A stretch of 64,000 bases of DNA from Monocercomonoides exilis PA203 (Eukaryota; Protista; Preaxostyla): NCBI GenBank assembly GCA_001643675.2, contig LSRY02000005.1:62001-126000 (forward strand), given 5' to 3'. The translations under genes and the position numbers were made by a program. Below are positions 61,906-64,000 of the stretch, piece by piece (position 1 is the stretch's first letter; each line of letters starts with the position of its first letter). The notes under the pieces are model-generated. The model searched no databases and was not told where the DNA came from. It saw only the letters and a list, made by a program, of their open reading frames with translations.

Positions 61906-62717
61906 AACAGAAGACGAATGAAGAAGAACAGATAAGTTTTGTGGTATTTTTGCTGCTTTGCTTCAGAAATGCGAGCAATTGTAATCATAAAAAAAGAAAA
62001 GGGTCTATTTCTATTTCGTGCACGCTCCAAGATGAAATAAAATAAATCGATCCAATTGTGGCATGAGATTTTTGGGATGAGTGAATGAAGGAGAAAATGA
62101 CTGTGGAAGAGACTCATTAACAAAAAAAAGTGAAATGGAAAAGAGCATCAATAAATAACTGTTTTTGCTTTCCTGAGGGTTTTGAACATGAAAGAGCAAC
62201 TAAAGGATTCGAACGAAAGGCAATGATTTTCAACGATACTCAAAATCTGAAATGGCAATAATGCAATTGAAATTGTTGGTTCGTCTTTTGTTTGACAATG
62301 GCTTGACAGATTGAAGTTGAACTTGACTTTCTGGCTTGGATACATTATTTTTCACTTAAAAACAATTGTTTACAATAAAATTGAAGATCGAAAGGTTTTT
62401 ACGAAGGAAGAGAAGATAGTTATGGGCAATTATTTTAGGAACTAAATACTCTCGCGCTGTTGAAAAGAGAGACTGCAAAAGTTGCACAAAGTTTTTTCAA
62501 CTCCCACATTCATTTTCAAACTTTTTTTGCTCAGTTTTTCAATATTTGCATGTGCTCTTCGTTTGATGCTTTGAGTGATTGTTGTTTGTTTCTTCTTTTG
62601 AGCCAAAATCATGCAAACAAGCAACCAGGAAAGACAAAACAGCAAAAACAACTCTTGGAAGCACTTTTCTCAAAAGCATGTTTTTGATTGGTCAGAAAAC
62701 CATTCATTATTCTCATT

Positions 62718-62748
<31 letters not shown>

Positions 62749-63147
62749 AAGAAAAAATGAAGAAAACGAAATGAATTGAATCACATAATCGAATTCTCAC
62801 GCTCAACCAAGAGCAAAACCTGACAATAAACTCAAAGGCAAAAAAATGGAGCAAGCATTATTCAGAAAGTGCTTGAAATGAATTTCCACAAACTGAAATA
62901 ATATGTCTCCCATTCGGTTCAAACAGCATTTGCACAGCTTTTCCAAAGCTCGGATTGAACTCCGCTCGATCTTTCCGAAAGAGCAATGGATTGCATGCTC
63001 AATACTTCCACAAGCATCGAAATATTACCGTTTTCAGAGGAGCCGTTTTCTGATCAGAAAAGATCTTCCAACCTCGTTTGGATCTCTTTCATTGGCAAAC
63101 GCCGTTTGTGCTTTTTGAAGAAGATGCAGTTGAAGCCATTCGCACAC

Positions 63148-64000
63148 TCACAATGATATGAGCGAGCTGCTTGAATCAGGGATCTGCGAGTTGCACTCAG
63201 ATGGCATCTGGCAATCAACTGCATCAGCAATGGTCATGACCATTGCTCCTTCTGGAAAGTGCTGGATGAACTCCTTCTTCAAATCAGTGAGTGCCGGCCG
63301 ATCGTTTGGCTGCTGGCACAATGTGCATCTCACTGCGTTGCTCAAAGACGAGTTTTCAACAGCCTCTGGCTTTGGCTTTTCTCCGTTCACAATCTTCTGC
63401 CCTGCCACCTCTGCTGGATACTCCCCAAACGGGATCTGCAGTGTCAAGCACTCCCACAGCATCATCCCAATCGAAAAGGCAACTGATTCCTTTGTTGCCT
63501 CCATTTTCTTGTTCATCAGCAGTTCTGGTGCCTTCCACCTCAAGCACTCTTTTTTGAAGTCATCCTCATCCTCAAATGCTGATGAGGGAAGTGATTCATC
63601 ATCGTCATCGTCAGTTGCAGACGTTGCAACTATTGACGAAGAGATGGATGAAGAATCTGAGTCATCATCGGACAATAAATCTGAGTGCATCACAATGCAG
63701 ATTACCATATGCTCAGAGAATAAAACAATGTGCGGACTGAGATTGGAAAGAGAAGAAAGAGGATTTTCCATTTCATCAAATGAATGCAGTGCGAGATTGG
63801 CCACCCAGAACATAATTTGGGAAGCTGTTTGTTCTCTTTCTTTCAGTGAGCCAATTGCCATCTCCTTCTTGGCATTCCTTCCGTGCAACAGCATGAACAG
63901 CGAATCCCTCAAGTCCACAATCAATTTTTCATGAGGCGATGAACAGGCCATCGCATCCACCAGATTCGACATCGACGAGGTGGTTGGACACATGCTCTCT
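63148..64000 (-). CDS. 3' end (pseudokinase domain) of a second receptor-like gene paralogous to 33852-41588; truncated by the window edge
   Basis: The 281-aa translation is nearly identical to the C-terminus of the 2604-aa ORF. Confidence 0.85.
   Translation of the reverse strand, partial: ESMCPTTSSMSNLVDAMACSSPHEKLIVDLRDSLFMLLHGRNAKKEMAIGSLKEREQTASQIMFWVANLALHSFDEMENPLSSLSNLSPHIVLFSEHMVICIVMHSDLLSDDDSDSSSISSSIVATSATDDDDDESLPSSAFEDEDDFKKECLRWKAPELLMNKKMEATKESVAFSIGMMLWECLTLQIPFGEYPAEVAGQKIVNGEKPKPEAVENSSLSNAVRCTLCQQPNDRPALTDLKKEFIQHFPEGAMVMTIADAVDCQMPSECNSQIPDSSSSLISL

Overview
AT-rich eukaryotic genomic DNA with short GT-AG introns, very long Ser-rich (TCT/TCA) ORFs and the standard genetic code. 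The gene families suggest an oxymonad such as Monocercomonoides, an anaerobic protist lacking mitochondria; this is an inference from family recognition, not a database result. Genes from left to right: a CCHC zinc-knuckle protein, a multi-RRM protein, a multi-pass membrane protein, a RasGEF whose domains are split by Ser-rich inserts, a dead pogo-type DDE transposase, a pseudogene of a multicopy helical family, a 2600-aa beta-helix/TM/pseudokinase surface receptor (second copy at the right edge), an acyltransferase-3 gene with no intron in its core, a 3.37-kb almost fully palindromic foldback-type element flanked by TA, a TmcB/TmcC-like multi-pass protein ending in an intact hemerythrin domain, a BCD1-like zf-HIT protein and a charged hypothetical protein. 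The two strongest leads are the TmcB-hemerythrin fusion (candidate membrane O2/NO sensor) and the nested foldback element directly upstream of it. No rRNA, tRNA or CRISPR features were recognised.
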